DNA of 64,000 bases from Chiloscyllium plagiosum (lineage: Eukaryota). Position 1 is the first letter of the stretch, and the number at the start of each line of letters is the position of its first letter. Position numbers and translations under genes: made by a program. The stretch lies in assembly GCF_004010195.1 (NCBI RefSeq), contig NC_057719.1:40934969-40998968 (forward strand), read 5' to 3'. The notes below the pieces were generated by a model. The model saw nothing but the letters and a program-made list of their open reading frames with translations. It was not told where the DNA came from and ran no database searches. Positions 52,429 to 64,000 of this stretch are shown piece after piece.

Positions 52429-53367
52429 AGTTATTCCAATGGTTCCTAACCAGACTTTTGAATAATCAGTCTCAGACTTGGTGAATAATTAATTCCAGGC
52501 ACTGGTTTTGTATGTCAAACAGAAGACTTAACTATTTATTTAATACACAATAACTTTAGCAAAGAAAAAAAAACTAAGCAACAAGTAAACTGATTAATTC
52601 CTAAGTTTTAAACTTGAAAGATTTATTTTCAAACCCCATTCACACAAAAGACTCACACAAAAGGCAGACAGAAAAACAAACACAGTTAAGGGTTAAATAA
52701 AAGAAAATAACAAACCTGGCCAGATTACTGAAATAGTTTTCATGATGCATTGATTCACAGGCTGCTATCTTCAGCTGATTTTCTCTGGGTCACCATCTGA
52801 GTTCACTTCATATTCAAACTTATACTTTCTGGGCTTCCAAACGTGCGTCAGATTAGGCAGGGAACTTTCAAATCTTCATGCTATGTTGTCAGAAACCAAG
52901 CTTGTATCCCCAGGAAACATGATTAAAAATAAAAGCTTCAACTGTGATTCCACTCTGAGACTGACCGTCTCTTTAATTACTCTTCACCAACTGCTATCTG
53001 CTTGAACATAGGGTTTCTTCCAAATTTGCTATAACCAATTCTCGGGTACTTATCTCAATAATAGCCAACCTCTGCTCTCTGTTTAAACACAATGTTCTGA
53101 GTGTTACTGTATTTGTAGGAACCCCTTTGGTGAAGATTCAGCCTCCAGGCCTGGCCGCACAAAGCTTGTTTGGTCTGTCTCACAAAGTCCACAAGTCATC
53201 TTCAGCTCCAAACCAAAATTGATAAAAGAATAAAAATTAAAAAAATTAAAAATCAGTGAAAATTCTAACAGTGAAAGCAGGACTATTACAATCCTATATA
53301 TTATCAACTGATTAGTCTACTCTCAAAAATGAGCAAAATGATGTAATGTGTCATTATAAATGTCACA
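52429..53367 (-). mobile_element. Possible solo LTR related to the 46019 LTR
   Basis: Ends in gtcaca. aatcagtctcagacttg (about 52464) resembles the reverse complement of 47081-47099; tttatt nearby. No TSD found. Confidence 0.4.
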
Positions 53368-53476
53368 AAGCAACACTTACTCACTTAGTAACCCACTTAC
53401 TGATATTCAGTTTGGGGTCTAATGTGAGCCATTCGGTTCAGATCTTGTTGAAGCCTTGGTCTGGCCATTGACAAAA

Positions 53477-53602
53477 ATGAGGTTAAAATCAACTAGGAGT
53501 ACGTGAGGACTTCCTAACAAAGAGCCCTTGCCCGAAATGTTAATTCTCCTGCTCCTCAGATGCTGCCTAATCTGTTGTGCTTTTCCAGCACTACACTATC
53601 GA
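53477..53602 (+). mobile_element. Penelope-like family B degenerate insertion
   Basis: gcccgaaatgttaattctcctgctcctcagatgctgcc; 11-bp TSD cattgacaaaa at 53466-53476 and 53603-53613. Confidence 0.75.
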
Positions 53603-53629
53603 CATTGACAAAAGCGTTGAATTCCAGAA

Positions 53630-54000
53630 ATGCAGTAAGGTAGCTACTTTTGATATCAGGACAAAATTGATCTAATTTTGAACTGAAAAGGTCAAGAAAA
53701 ATTCAAGTCAGTGGGAATCAGGGCAGAACCTCTCCACTGGTCAGAGTTATATCTAGCACATGGGAAGATGGTTGTGTTTGTTGGAGACAGGTCACTTCAG
53801 CCCTGACATCACTACAGGAGCTCCTTGGGCTTATCAATTTAGAGCCCTTGGCCCAAGCATCTCAATTGCTCCAACATTCCTTTCCTCCATCATAAGGTCA
53901 GAAGTACTTGATAATTGCACAGTATTCAATCTTAATTGGAACTCCTAAGATAACTAAGTTATCTGTGGCTGTGTACGGCAAGAACTTTACATCCATCATG
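53630..54000 (+). mobile_element. Ancient LINE RT relic
   Basis: Degenerate similarity to 27830-28100 (gggaatcaggg...tggtcagagttatatctagcaca...cataaggtcagaagta). Confidence 0.55.
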
Positions 54001-54446
54001 AAGTGAATAAGCTGCAGAATTGCTCTGTTCCTGTGAGAGACATGATTCTGGCCCAACAGTTGCTGTCAAGCGGATGGTGGATGCTCTTCAGTAACACCAA
54101 GTGCCACCAGGAGTGATGTCCCCTGTTTGGACTCCATGCTGCCTTTGGGAAATGGTGAAAGTGGTCAGAAAGGTGCCACCAAGAGGAGATGAGGGATTGG
54201 TGAGAGCAGAAAGATGTTACTGTGAAGGTGGCTTTTGTCAGCAGGGCACCCTCACCCCCAGCCCATGGCTCTGACTGTCTAATTGTTCAGGTCCAACCAA
54301 GCAAACAGAATGCTTGCCATTCTCCACAGGTGGCAGAGGGCCCATGCATCATTGGTAAAAGCCAATAATGGCAGAAATATGCCTTTAATTGGTCACGTGA
54401 GGTTTTCAATTTGTCTCTGTGTGACATCCATATTGGCAAAATACAA

Positions 54447-54660
54447 AGTTAAAAATCACACAACACCAGGTTATAGTCCAACAGGTTTAATTGGAAGCAC
54501 ACTAGCTTTCGGAGCGACGCTCCTTTTTAGACAATCACCTGATGAAGGAGCGTCGCTCCGAAAGCTAGTGTGCTTCCAATTAAACCTGTTGGACTATAAC
54601 CTGGTGTTGTGTGATTTTTAACTTTGTACATCCCAGTCCAACACCGGCATCTCCAAATCA
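54447..54660. mobile_element. Penelope-like family A palindromic mini-insertion (best preserved)
   Basis: About 80-bp essentially perfect inverted arms; 13-bp TSD tggcaaaatacaa at 54434-54446 and 54661-54673. Confidence 0.88.
54536..54572 (+). ncRNA. Minimal hammerhead ribozyme motif (PLE family A)
   Basis: cac-CTGATGA(54539-54545)-A-GGAGC gtc GCTCC-GAAA(54560-54563)-GC-TA-gtg. Confidence 0.72.
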
Positions 54661-54967
54661 TGGCAAAATACAAGAAGATGATGAAACCAACGTCCACCCC
54701 AAACTCCTTCCTGACTTTTGTTTTGTCTCCTCCTAGCCTTTCATGGATTTGGCAAAATTGTTATTAAGGAGAAATGGTTGCAAGAAATCACATTCAGTAA
54801 ATAAGCATTCTAGGGCACGTTACATTTTGAAAGCACAGAACTTGAACTTGGCTGCAGTTACAAATGCTTCAATAATTTTGTGCCTTAAACAGCAGCATAA
54901 CATTCCAGATGATAATACTACACTGTGGATTGAATTTTTCCAGTCTTCTGGAAACAGGTTAGAAGCT

Positions 54968-55296
54968 TTAGATTAGATTAGATTAGATTACATTACAGTG
55001 TGGAAACAGGCCCTTCGGCCCAACAAGTCCACACCGACCCGCCGAAGCGAACCCACCCATACCCCTACCCCTACATTTACCCCTTACCTAACACTACGGG
55101 CAATTTGGCATGGCCAATTCACCTGGCCCTGCACATCTTTGGACTGTGGGAGGAAACCGGAGCACCCGGAGGAAACCCACGCAGACACGGGGAGAACGTG
55201 CAAACTCCACACAGTCAGTCGCCTGAGGCGGGAATTGAACCCGGGTCTCTGGCGCTGCGAGGCAACAGTGCTAACCACTGTGCCACCGTGCCGCCC
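54968..55296 (-). mobile_element. HE1-like V-SINE, full length, CpG-rich (young)
   Basis: Minus strand GGGCGGCACGGTGGCACAGTGGTTAGC (A box), GGTTCAATTCC (B box), V-domain, CR1-like tail and (TCTAA)n. Confidence 0.92.
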
Positions 55297-58200
55297 ACCA
55301 AGCTGGGACAACTTGTAAAATGGCAGTGGGATTTGTGCCCCAGGTGGATGGGGAAGGTGGGGGGTTTTTTAATAGGCACTCAACAACCCAGAAAGTGCCC
55401 TGGCTCCATGCAGCATTTACCTCCTTCCTCCACCAAGAAGCTTCGGGAGATGCAACACTGTCTACTTTTTAAAATTAACTTGTTCAGATGGGTTTTGACA
55501 TAGCTCTGGACCAGGTGGGACTTGAAACCAGGCCTTCTACTCTAGAGGTAGAGACACTACAACCGCATCTCAAGATCCCTGAGGTCACTGTCTTCAACAA
55601 TTAGCTGCTATTGATGAAATACTGCCCAGGAACTAGCTGCCAATCTAATTGAGCTTGGGCTCCATTTCCTCATACTTGCAGCATATCTCACCTTTTAGTT
55701 AAGATTTTGGCCTCTGAGTTGGAAAGTTCACATAGCCACTTGCTTTTAATATCAAATATGTTCAAGGCTATATATAAAGAGCACATGCTGGCTTTTTCTT
55801 TTGAGCTGTTCTGCTGTGTTTCCACTTTGCTATGCATAAGTGGCTACTTTCAGGAATGATCAATAAATAGCCTGATATAACTTACTCTCTGTTCTTTAAG
55901 TTAACGGATGGACGTTTTATAAGGTACCTGTAAGCTGTTTGTGTTGATTGAATTATACAAGAGCACTTTGAGGCTTTTCTTGTACTTTTGAGATTGTCGT
56001 CATTTAGTTTGAACATGATTACTGAGATTCCCTTTTTCTAAAAGCTTTGTATATCAGGTGGTCATTTACAAGCTGCTGTGTAGAAAGACAAAGACAAGCC
56101 TCTCTCTAATTTGAGAATGCATCATGTAACCATGAAATACACAAGAGAATACACTAATAATGATATCATGAATCATAATAAAAATGTAATAACTTGTACA
56201 TTTACATAAGAGCTACTCATGTGTTACTGCTGTGGTCACAGTTTGCATCTCAGCAGTGGTTGACATTGAGTTCTGTTGGCTCCCTGTACGATTATCCTTG
56301 TCACTTGTCAGCCAGGTGGCTGGGAAACACAGTTGACACAAGTGGGTATAACCACCTAAAAGGAATACTAACATTTGACCCTCTCTCTCTTGTAACAAGT
56401 GAGCCTCCTGTTAACTCAAAAAAGAGTTGCTACAAGAATTAGCTGAGAAAAGTCTAGCTTGTAAAATAATATTATTTTGTCACATGATTTTGCAAATGAT
56501 TTGCGACCTGGGTGGAGACTAGGAGAAAATAATTTTAAAAAGAAACAAATAGGAATGACTTTGAAAAAGGATAATTCAGGTCAGGTAAATGTTTTAATTA
56601 TCAATAGAGATGCAATGTCCTTGCCAATTTCAATACAAATTGTCTCAAAGAAAATCACCTGTGAAGTTATGAGAAAATCCAACAGTAATGATACAAAGTT
56701 CTATTCTATTCAGATTGGTAACAGATTTATCATTTAAAAATGCAATTCAAAATAATAAATTTTAAAGCACATGAAGTCTCAACCTACCCAAATGACTGTT
56801 ACTAGCCTTTGGTAAACATAATCATCAGCACCAAAATGTTATTCATGAAGTAGACCTAAAGGATTCTAAGTACCCTAACTCCATGAGTCAAGGACTACAA
56901 AATTCACAAACTAACTACTCTCATGCGTTTATCATCTGATCTTGACATGTTTGACATGCGTAAAAGCTTGATTTTATTTTGCAATTGGTGTCAGCTGCAT
57001 ATTAATCTTTCTTTGATTATAGTACAGTACAAGCTAATTGTTAAAACTAGATACAGTATTACAATACTAATCAATTCTTAGCTTGTTATTACTATATCAG
57101 TTATCTTGACTGACAACTAAGGAGGTGCTGGTACAATTTTCTTGGCAATATGATTATTTCAAAATGACTGTCTATTCTTAATATTTTAGAATTTTATGGA
57201 TCTTGATGTTTCAAACAAGAAAGGGTGTGTTTTTGCTTGATATAGACAATATTTATTCATTGCATTTCAAAGAAATCATATTTAATGATAACGTTCAGGA
57301 GAAATTGATTAACTTAATTTCCATGGGTTTAGTTTTTGTGATATCAATGTAACGTAACATCATGATATCTGCAACATAAATATTTATGGCAATATATTAC
57401 ATACACAAACAATCTTCAGAGTTACTTTGTAAATGTAATGATGCTTTCATGTGGGGACATCACTAAAGTGTTGTATTTGTTGACAAGTCAACTGAAATTA
57501 AAGGATGCTTTTCAGCAGTTAAACCTATTTTAAAGAGTTGAAATGACCGTATTCAGGACTGATACGGGAACCACCCCATTTTCTGTAGGTGAGAGAACAG
57601 ATTAACCTACTAGTAGCAAAAGGGAAGAAATGTTGATCTGATCATTGACCTTGTTTTGAAGTTTGCAAGACACATAAATTAAAATAATATCAGGTACATA
57701 AATTGCATTTTAGAATTCATTGTTGGAAGATAGCTGATAAGGAAGCACATCAGAGTTCACTGAAAGACAGTAGTTTCTATAGGATGTTAGCTACACTCTT
57801 TTACACTACCCATGTGCATTTACTTTAACTAGTACCCAATTCCATCATGTATCTAGTTTAACAGATGGCATAAACTAATGAAAGGACCTTTTTTAATTAG
57901 TCCGTCTAAAGATATTTATCACGTTGGAGGTCTTTCCCAATAAAGTTTCATTGACCAGGTTTGGGGCTGTCAGCTTCCAGCAGTCACCATCTGCTTAGTG
58001 GCAGAAACGGGCTGCTAGAACAGTCTCTGCATTTCCACTTCACTGAGCTGGAAATGGGTTTGAAGTTGTATTTTTCTCATCATCTTGGAAAATCGTGAAT
58101 TATGTCCATGGCACCAATTTTACAAGTGGATATTTTTTATTATTCGCTTGGACAGAAAATTGGGTCTAATGATTGCAGTAGTCCTTCGTTGTAACTTTTT

Positions 58201-60073
58201 TCTGATGAATTACACATCAGTAGGCACTTCTCGTAAATAGGCAGTTAATAAAAAAAAGTCATAAAAACACTTTGTACTTTACTACATTGTGCTTTTGTTT
58301 GATTCTGCATCCAATGTAAGAATCTGACTATGTCTGTCATGCTTTTACTGTTCATAATTTTATCTACTGTCAAAGAATTTTAATGATTTTTTAAAAACAT
58401 TGCCATTACATAGTTGCACTGAAAAGCGTAATGCATCCACAACTTGCATTTTATAACACATTTAATATCCTAAGGTGTTTCAGATGAGCTTTATATGACT
58501 ACATTTGATATCAAGCCATCAGATGCAAATCAAAACTAAAGTAAATGATACATATACAAGGCATATGGTTTATTCTCCATAATGATACATCTAAGTTACA
58601 GTCTGCAGACCATCAGTTTAAAAAAAATGCTTAGATTGACTCACAACGCACCCAATTATTTTTGAAAGAGAGCTAGAGGTAGTGAGAATAAAGTAGATTA
58701 CTTAGGCAAAGTACACTGGATAATCAGCAAAAGTGAGTAAAAGATTTAGTTTTCAGTTCATTTTTAACAAATAACAGTGAAAGTTGAAGTAAATCCAAAT
58801 GTACTAACCCTTTAGTTAAAGGGTTAAAATTGTTAAAAGATCCCTGGATGAGGGATGGCCATGATACAAAGTATTGATTGCAAATCAGTAATCTGCATCA
58901 AGTTTGCATGCAATGCTCATTTCAGAGAAACTGAATTCATTACCTAGTTGCTGTATATCTTTCATAGTTTTGCAGCAGTAAATAAGAGCTTAAAAATTAT
59001 TTTAAAATCTCCCTTTTTAATTCCTTGTTTTTCTATTTTACATTTCTGACAGCCATCAATAACTTCAAGGCAACAAAAACAATAGATTTCTGCCATGTTC
59101 TAGTTTTATCACTGCTCTGCAGTGTATTGCTTCTTATACTGTTGTTATATTGCCAACTGCTGCCGGATTTATACCAGTATCAGCATGAATCCATCAGCAA
59201 ATTGGAAGTGTAACGATAGGGTAAGCCGATTCTCCCTGAATCAATGTCCTATTATGTTGCCTGTCAACACTAGGAAAACAGTTTGAGTGCTCATCCATGT
59301 TATGGTGCCTTCGGTGTAGTAGGTGGAATTGGCGTAATGTCAATGCGCTTTCAGCTCAGTTACCAGCAGAAGGCCTATCCCACTGGCTGGTAGACCCAAG
59401 TGGTGATTATAGTGAAGATGGAAATCTGTTGTATGTGTTTGAGCCCTGTTCACTGTTCTGAGATTTGTATGCTTACACCTGTTGGGCTCTTCAACTTGCA
59501 GATGAAGCTCCAACTCACAATAAATATAACTTGGATGCAAAGGAGGTGCCATGTAATTTGTGTTTAGTTTAACAACAACTCAATGTAGCAAATAATCAAC
59601 TTTCAGGTCATTTTAGACCATTGTCCTGGGCTATTTTTGAAATTTAACTATTTTTCTAAGAACATGGGACTACAACCGGGTTAAAGGTTGTTTTATGATA
59701 AATCAGATTTTTGGAAGTATGTACACAGGTAAAATACATTTCTATTTGTTTATTGCAAAACATTGAAATAGAGTTCAGGGCTGAAAATTTAAAGTGTTAT
59801 AACCTGAAGTGCAGTTCAGTTAAATGTAATTACTCTCCAAATACTGCAGCTCATTTAGCAGCTCAAGTACTTGTGTGAAATTTGTGCTAACAAAACACAA
59901 CTTCTGCAGCACCTTAACAGCTGATCTTTTTTAAGCAATAGAGAGTAATTTCAAATCTATTAACAAATTTTATTAAGAAGGTATAATTTCAACCCAAAAA
60001 GCATAATTAGACATAATTTTGTATTATTGGCTGTTAAAAATGTTTTTGACAATTTGTCAGTACTGTATTAAAT

Positions 60074-60272
60074 GAGCTGAAAATGTGTTGCTGGAAAAGC
60101 GCAGCAGGTCAGGCAGCATCCAAGGAACAGGAGAATCGACGTTTCGGGCTTCTTCGGGCTCATGCCCGAAACGTCGATTCTCCTGTTCCCTGGATGCTGC
60201 CTGACTTGCTGCGCTTTTCCAGCAACACATTTTCAGCTCTGATCTCCAGCATCTGCAGTCCTCACGTTCTCC
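60074..60272. mobile_element. Penelope-like family B palindromic mini-insertion
   Basis: About 77-bp inverted arms; 15-bp TSD ctgtattaa(a/g)tgagc at 60063-60077 and 60272-60286. Confidence 0.88.
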
Positions 60273-62668
60273 TGTATTAAGTGAGCACATTTTCTGTTAA
60301 TGCTGAAATTTGTTGTGTTGAAATGTACCACATATGTAACTGACCATGTTTAATTATCAATGTAATGCAATAATTGTGATTGAGCAACTCAATCAGTAGG
60401 AAATTAAACCTATAGTTCATCATTTTAGGTCTTAACACTAAAAATAGAAATGGTCAGAAATTGGTAACAGTATTTAAAAAGCTATATTCAATTAATAAAA
60501 ATTGGATTGAGTTTTGAGAAGTCAATTGCTAAGGGATACCTAATCATTAGTGCTAACATGATTTATCCACAGTGATTCACATGGATGTAAGCGTAGGTTT
60601 AATTGAACAATATAATACAGAATTGGGACATATGTGGATTGTAGCTAGGCCAGAGATGCCTGTTTACTGGAGAATGAATTGACAACTGAGCTCTTTCACA
60701 AGTGACTCAGATGTGAGTCTCAATGCAGCAGCATTCAGGACAGCACTGAATAAGGATGTGCACGGAGACACTGGGATACAGTGGGTGGCCTAACACTTAC
60801 TCAGCTGTCACTGTCAGGACATGTGTTGAATTCTGGCTCTAATTTGGCTGAAGGCACCACATAAAGCTTCCTCCTTCTGTATCCTCTGCTCCATCAACCG
60901 GTTGAGTTCCAAGTCCAGAATACTACAACAACAGCACTCCTACCTGTTGCAGTCTTTATGAGAACAGATCACCAAATCCTTCGTCTTCCCTTTGATAATA
61001 TCGTGATACTCCTATTCAGCAACTCACCCTCACACCTCAAAACATTCCAGAAAACTTCCAGACAGTTTATAATAGCAGAAGTTCATCAACATTGCCGATG
61101 TTGGCAAGCTAAGTAGTTGGCCCCCTTAGTACTCTTTTGGCTGAATGCTAGATCAACTGCAAATTAATTGAATGAATAGTTCAAGTTTGGCAAATGGGTA
61201 CCAATGTGTGATGGCATGATTGGAACAGTTCATTATCTTGGAGGGACATTAATGTGGGCCACACTGGATGTTGCTGTTAGCGTAACACACACTGCAAGGA
61301 GGGCAAAAAACCTTTGTTACAACAGCATTAACAAGACCATGGTCATTCAGTCTATATCTGTGTTATTGCTATTGTGGTTGTCAGGACAATGAGATTAGTC
61401 ACTGACTAACATCATTCTTTCCCTCCCCAGGTTAAATGCTCCTCAAGCATATTTCATGTTGAATTTCACAATGCACAGAATCTATGGTCTCATATTACAT
61501 AGGATATTACCAAGTTATCAGTGTACAAATTAAAGGGGAGAGATATTGGGCAGAAGCTTACAAGGCAATGTGGGCTATAGCATGATAATGGGAGAATTGG
61601 GTGAGATGTTTGGCAAGCCCCTTCTCTATACTGATATTGTCTCACTGCATTTCATACACCTTTTTCTCAAGTGATGTGGCCAGTTTCTAGCTAGGCAGTG
61701 GTGAGTTCCCAGTTGATGCTCATTGCTTGGTAAACACCTTGTTAACAGCCCATCTCAACACAGGCTGTGACATAACCAAACTCACCATGTAGACTAGCTG
61801 TTGGGAAAACTTTGACATGGAAACCAGAGCAGGTTCTTAGCAGATTCAACTCACCTCTTTTGTTCCAGAAGACTTGTGCGTTGGACACCAGCACTGACAT
61901 CTTTGGGATACTGTATGGGCATCGGCTACACCCTACATCCACAAAGATTGGTATCTGAAATGTACTAAGTGACTCTCATGGCACATCTTAGATCCACTTA
62001 CATGATGCTTCTGCATTTCAGTTTGCACTTCACCAGCAGCTATCATTGTAATGGTGCAAAGAGGACATTATATGATCAGGGACACACAGTCAGTTCATGG
62101 ATTGGATCAGGCTGTTTCTTTGGGTTTTCTGATTTCTGTCAAAGTGCACACTCACTCTGAGCCTTACCTTGCCTTTTTGCACATTGCCCCCTCAGCCGTA
62201 TGTACATCTGTCCTGCTGAGCTATTTAGAGTAGACACATAGCCAGCAAGCTTGCCACAGTTGTCAGCAGGCTTCAGTCCAGTCAAGGGCCATAGCCTTTG
62301 CTCAGGATATCCTGGCATAGTCAAGAATTTTCGCCAATACCTATTGAGGCCTTGCTTAGGGAGGCCAGAGTCAGCATATACTCTTCATAAAGTGTGAGGA
62401 GCTGAATAATGGGCAGCCCACCAGCTGTCATGACCATTTCTGCTTTACTGGGTTCTGTTCACCTCCTGGAAGAGAGAGGCAAATATTTTGGGAGATGAAA
62501 GTGAGTGCTGCAGTTGGTGCTGTTAGTGCAGGTAGGGATGTGTCCCAAACAAGTGAGTGGACAGTGTAGAGGATGTGTGGGGTTAATGGTGCCACAGATT
62601 TGATGCAGATAACCTCAATAGTGAGAATGGCAAGGCATAAGCCTTAGTGGGAAGTCGGTGCAGTAGGA

Positions 62669-62713
62669 GAAAGACAGACAGAGAGAGAGACAGATAGAGA
62701 GACAGAGACAGAG
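62669..62713. repeat. (GA/GACA)n microsatellite
   Basis: gaaagacagacagagagagagacagatagagagacagagacagag. Confidence 0.85.
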
Positions 62714-62740
62714 TGAGGTAATAGGGAAAAGATGGTAGAA

Positions 62741-62942
62741 CATACCCTGGTGGAGTAGAGAAGTTCACTGACCTTCTTCCCATAGTGCTGGCCAGTCCTC
62801 TAGATGACTGAGACTGCTTCAACTTTGATGCTTCCTTGGCACTGCTGGTCCTATGGATAGAAATCCTACATGTTCACCACTCCATTTAGTAGGGCATCTA
62901 GTATCATGCCCACAAAGCACAGTGCTGGATTTTGTCCTTCAT
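62741..62942 (-). pseudogene. Myb/SANT-like (Harbinger-associated) ORF relic
   Basis: KVEAVSVI*RTGQHYGKKVSELLYSTR followed by a gtatg donor at the same position as in the 13395 relic. Confidence 0.5.
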
Positions 62943-64000
62943 CTGAAACACTCTGGACAAATATCAGGAACTGCACATGGCAGCTCCAGCCTGACAGATC
63001 TTCTCTGATTGCAAGCTGACCTGTTTAGGACTGCACTGGGGTTAGAGGTGCAGGGATGTTCTGGAATCCTGAGTAGTGAGTTGCTCTGGAAATGCATATG
63101 GTAAGTTTGGCAAAGTCGTGCATAATATTTGCCATAGGGCTAAAAGGGCAAGAAGTGCAATGTGTTTGGTAAGACTTGGCAGGAAATCCCATCCTGTCTT
63201 GCTGTAAGATTCACTCTGCAAATCTTGACATGATTTGAAATTAGCTGAAAAACTTTAAGATTCAGGCCATTGTGTTTATAAAGCATATGGGCCTCAAGAT
63301 GTCCCAAAGCACTTCATAATCAATGAAATATATTTGTTTTGTGGTCACTGTTTTAATTTGTGCCCTCAACTCCTTGCAATACATATCATCCAACTTCCTT
63401 GTAAAACTCCCTTGTGCCTTAGATGGCCTATAACTACAATACTTTCTTGGCTCACTTGCTATGTCTTCCAATTTTGGCCATTCATCTCCCCTGCTGAATA
63501 TTTATGTCTGGATTCCAACCCCCAGGCAAGTTAGTTTAAATCCTCCCCAAGTGCACGGGCAAATCTCCCCAGCGTGACACTGTGTTACAAGTTTTGCAAG
63601 CATGAGCTAGATATGGTCAAGTACCTTGCTTGTTCCAAATAGGCAAAGGGACATGTTTGATGTGATCCACCAAGCTTTGGGATGTTTGGTTTATATATCT
63701 GGCGTCACACCAGCACTGAAATTCATATATGCTTTTACTCATTTTTGTGATTGACAGAACAGACAAGCTAAAAAGACAAATTTTGTCAATGTATTTTATG
63801 GCAATACTAAAATCCCATACGACAAAGAACTATTTTATGTTAGTTGCTTTAGATTTGGGATGTCTTCCCATTTTCATGTCTTTCCTCTTACGGTTGTTTT
63901 AATTTGATTGGAGTTGGAGGGATTTACAAAATGTTGAATATTTCCTGTGATCTGGCAGAATTTTTAGCCACTGCTCATTAACATTCAAATATAGGATTTT

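Noticed and set aside
54998..55503. Overlapping 106-, 167- and 75-aa ORFs and a tRNA-like sequence
   Set aside because: These are translations of a GC-rich HE1 SINE; its head is tRNA-derived but not a complete cloverleaf gene.
28..60272. Dispersed palindromic repeats as CRISPR arrays or classical MITEs
   Set aside because: No repeat-spacer array or cas genes in a vertebrate context. Arms are asymmetric, TSD length varies (10-17 bp) and the family B tail is attached to a PLE RT, which fits retrotransposition.
60900..61420. Possible Harbinger transposase next to the 62741 Myb relic
   Set aside because: I could not find convincing DDE motifs by eye.

Overview
Vertebrate genomic DNA, inferred to be a cartilaginous fish (shark) from its HE1-type V-SINEs, Deu-domain SINE and abundant CR1 LINEs. 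The only host gene I can support is the 3' end of a kinesin-11 gene, most like KIF26A, on the + strand. It has four exons (25910-26103, a 24-nt micro-exon at 26602-26625, 26760-26910 and 31407-31585 with the stop) and an AT-rich 3'UTR. Bases 1-25909 are probably one long intron and about 33-64 kb is intergenic. Most of the rest is transposon debris: CR1, L2 and older LINEs, SINEs, solo LTRs and Harbinger-type Myb/SANT relics. The most notable system is a set of about 12 Penelope-like (PLE) insertions from three sequence families. They carry a minimal hammerhead-ribozyme motif (CTGATGA-A-stem II-GAAA-short palindromic stem III), intact, degenerate or truncated depending on the copy. Many are about 200-bp head-to-head palindromes with 10-17-bp target-site duplications (TSDs), and their inversion or truncation points fall almost always on the ribozyme core. 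One longer copy with a PLE reverse transcriptase is nested in a CR1 and spans the 956-nt assembly gap. There is also an unexplained inverted repeat with arms of about 160 bp (17341-18144) and several blocks that look like conserved non-coding elements (CNEs). Boundaries of old repeats are approximate. Family names come from recalled motifs, not database searches.
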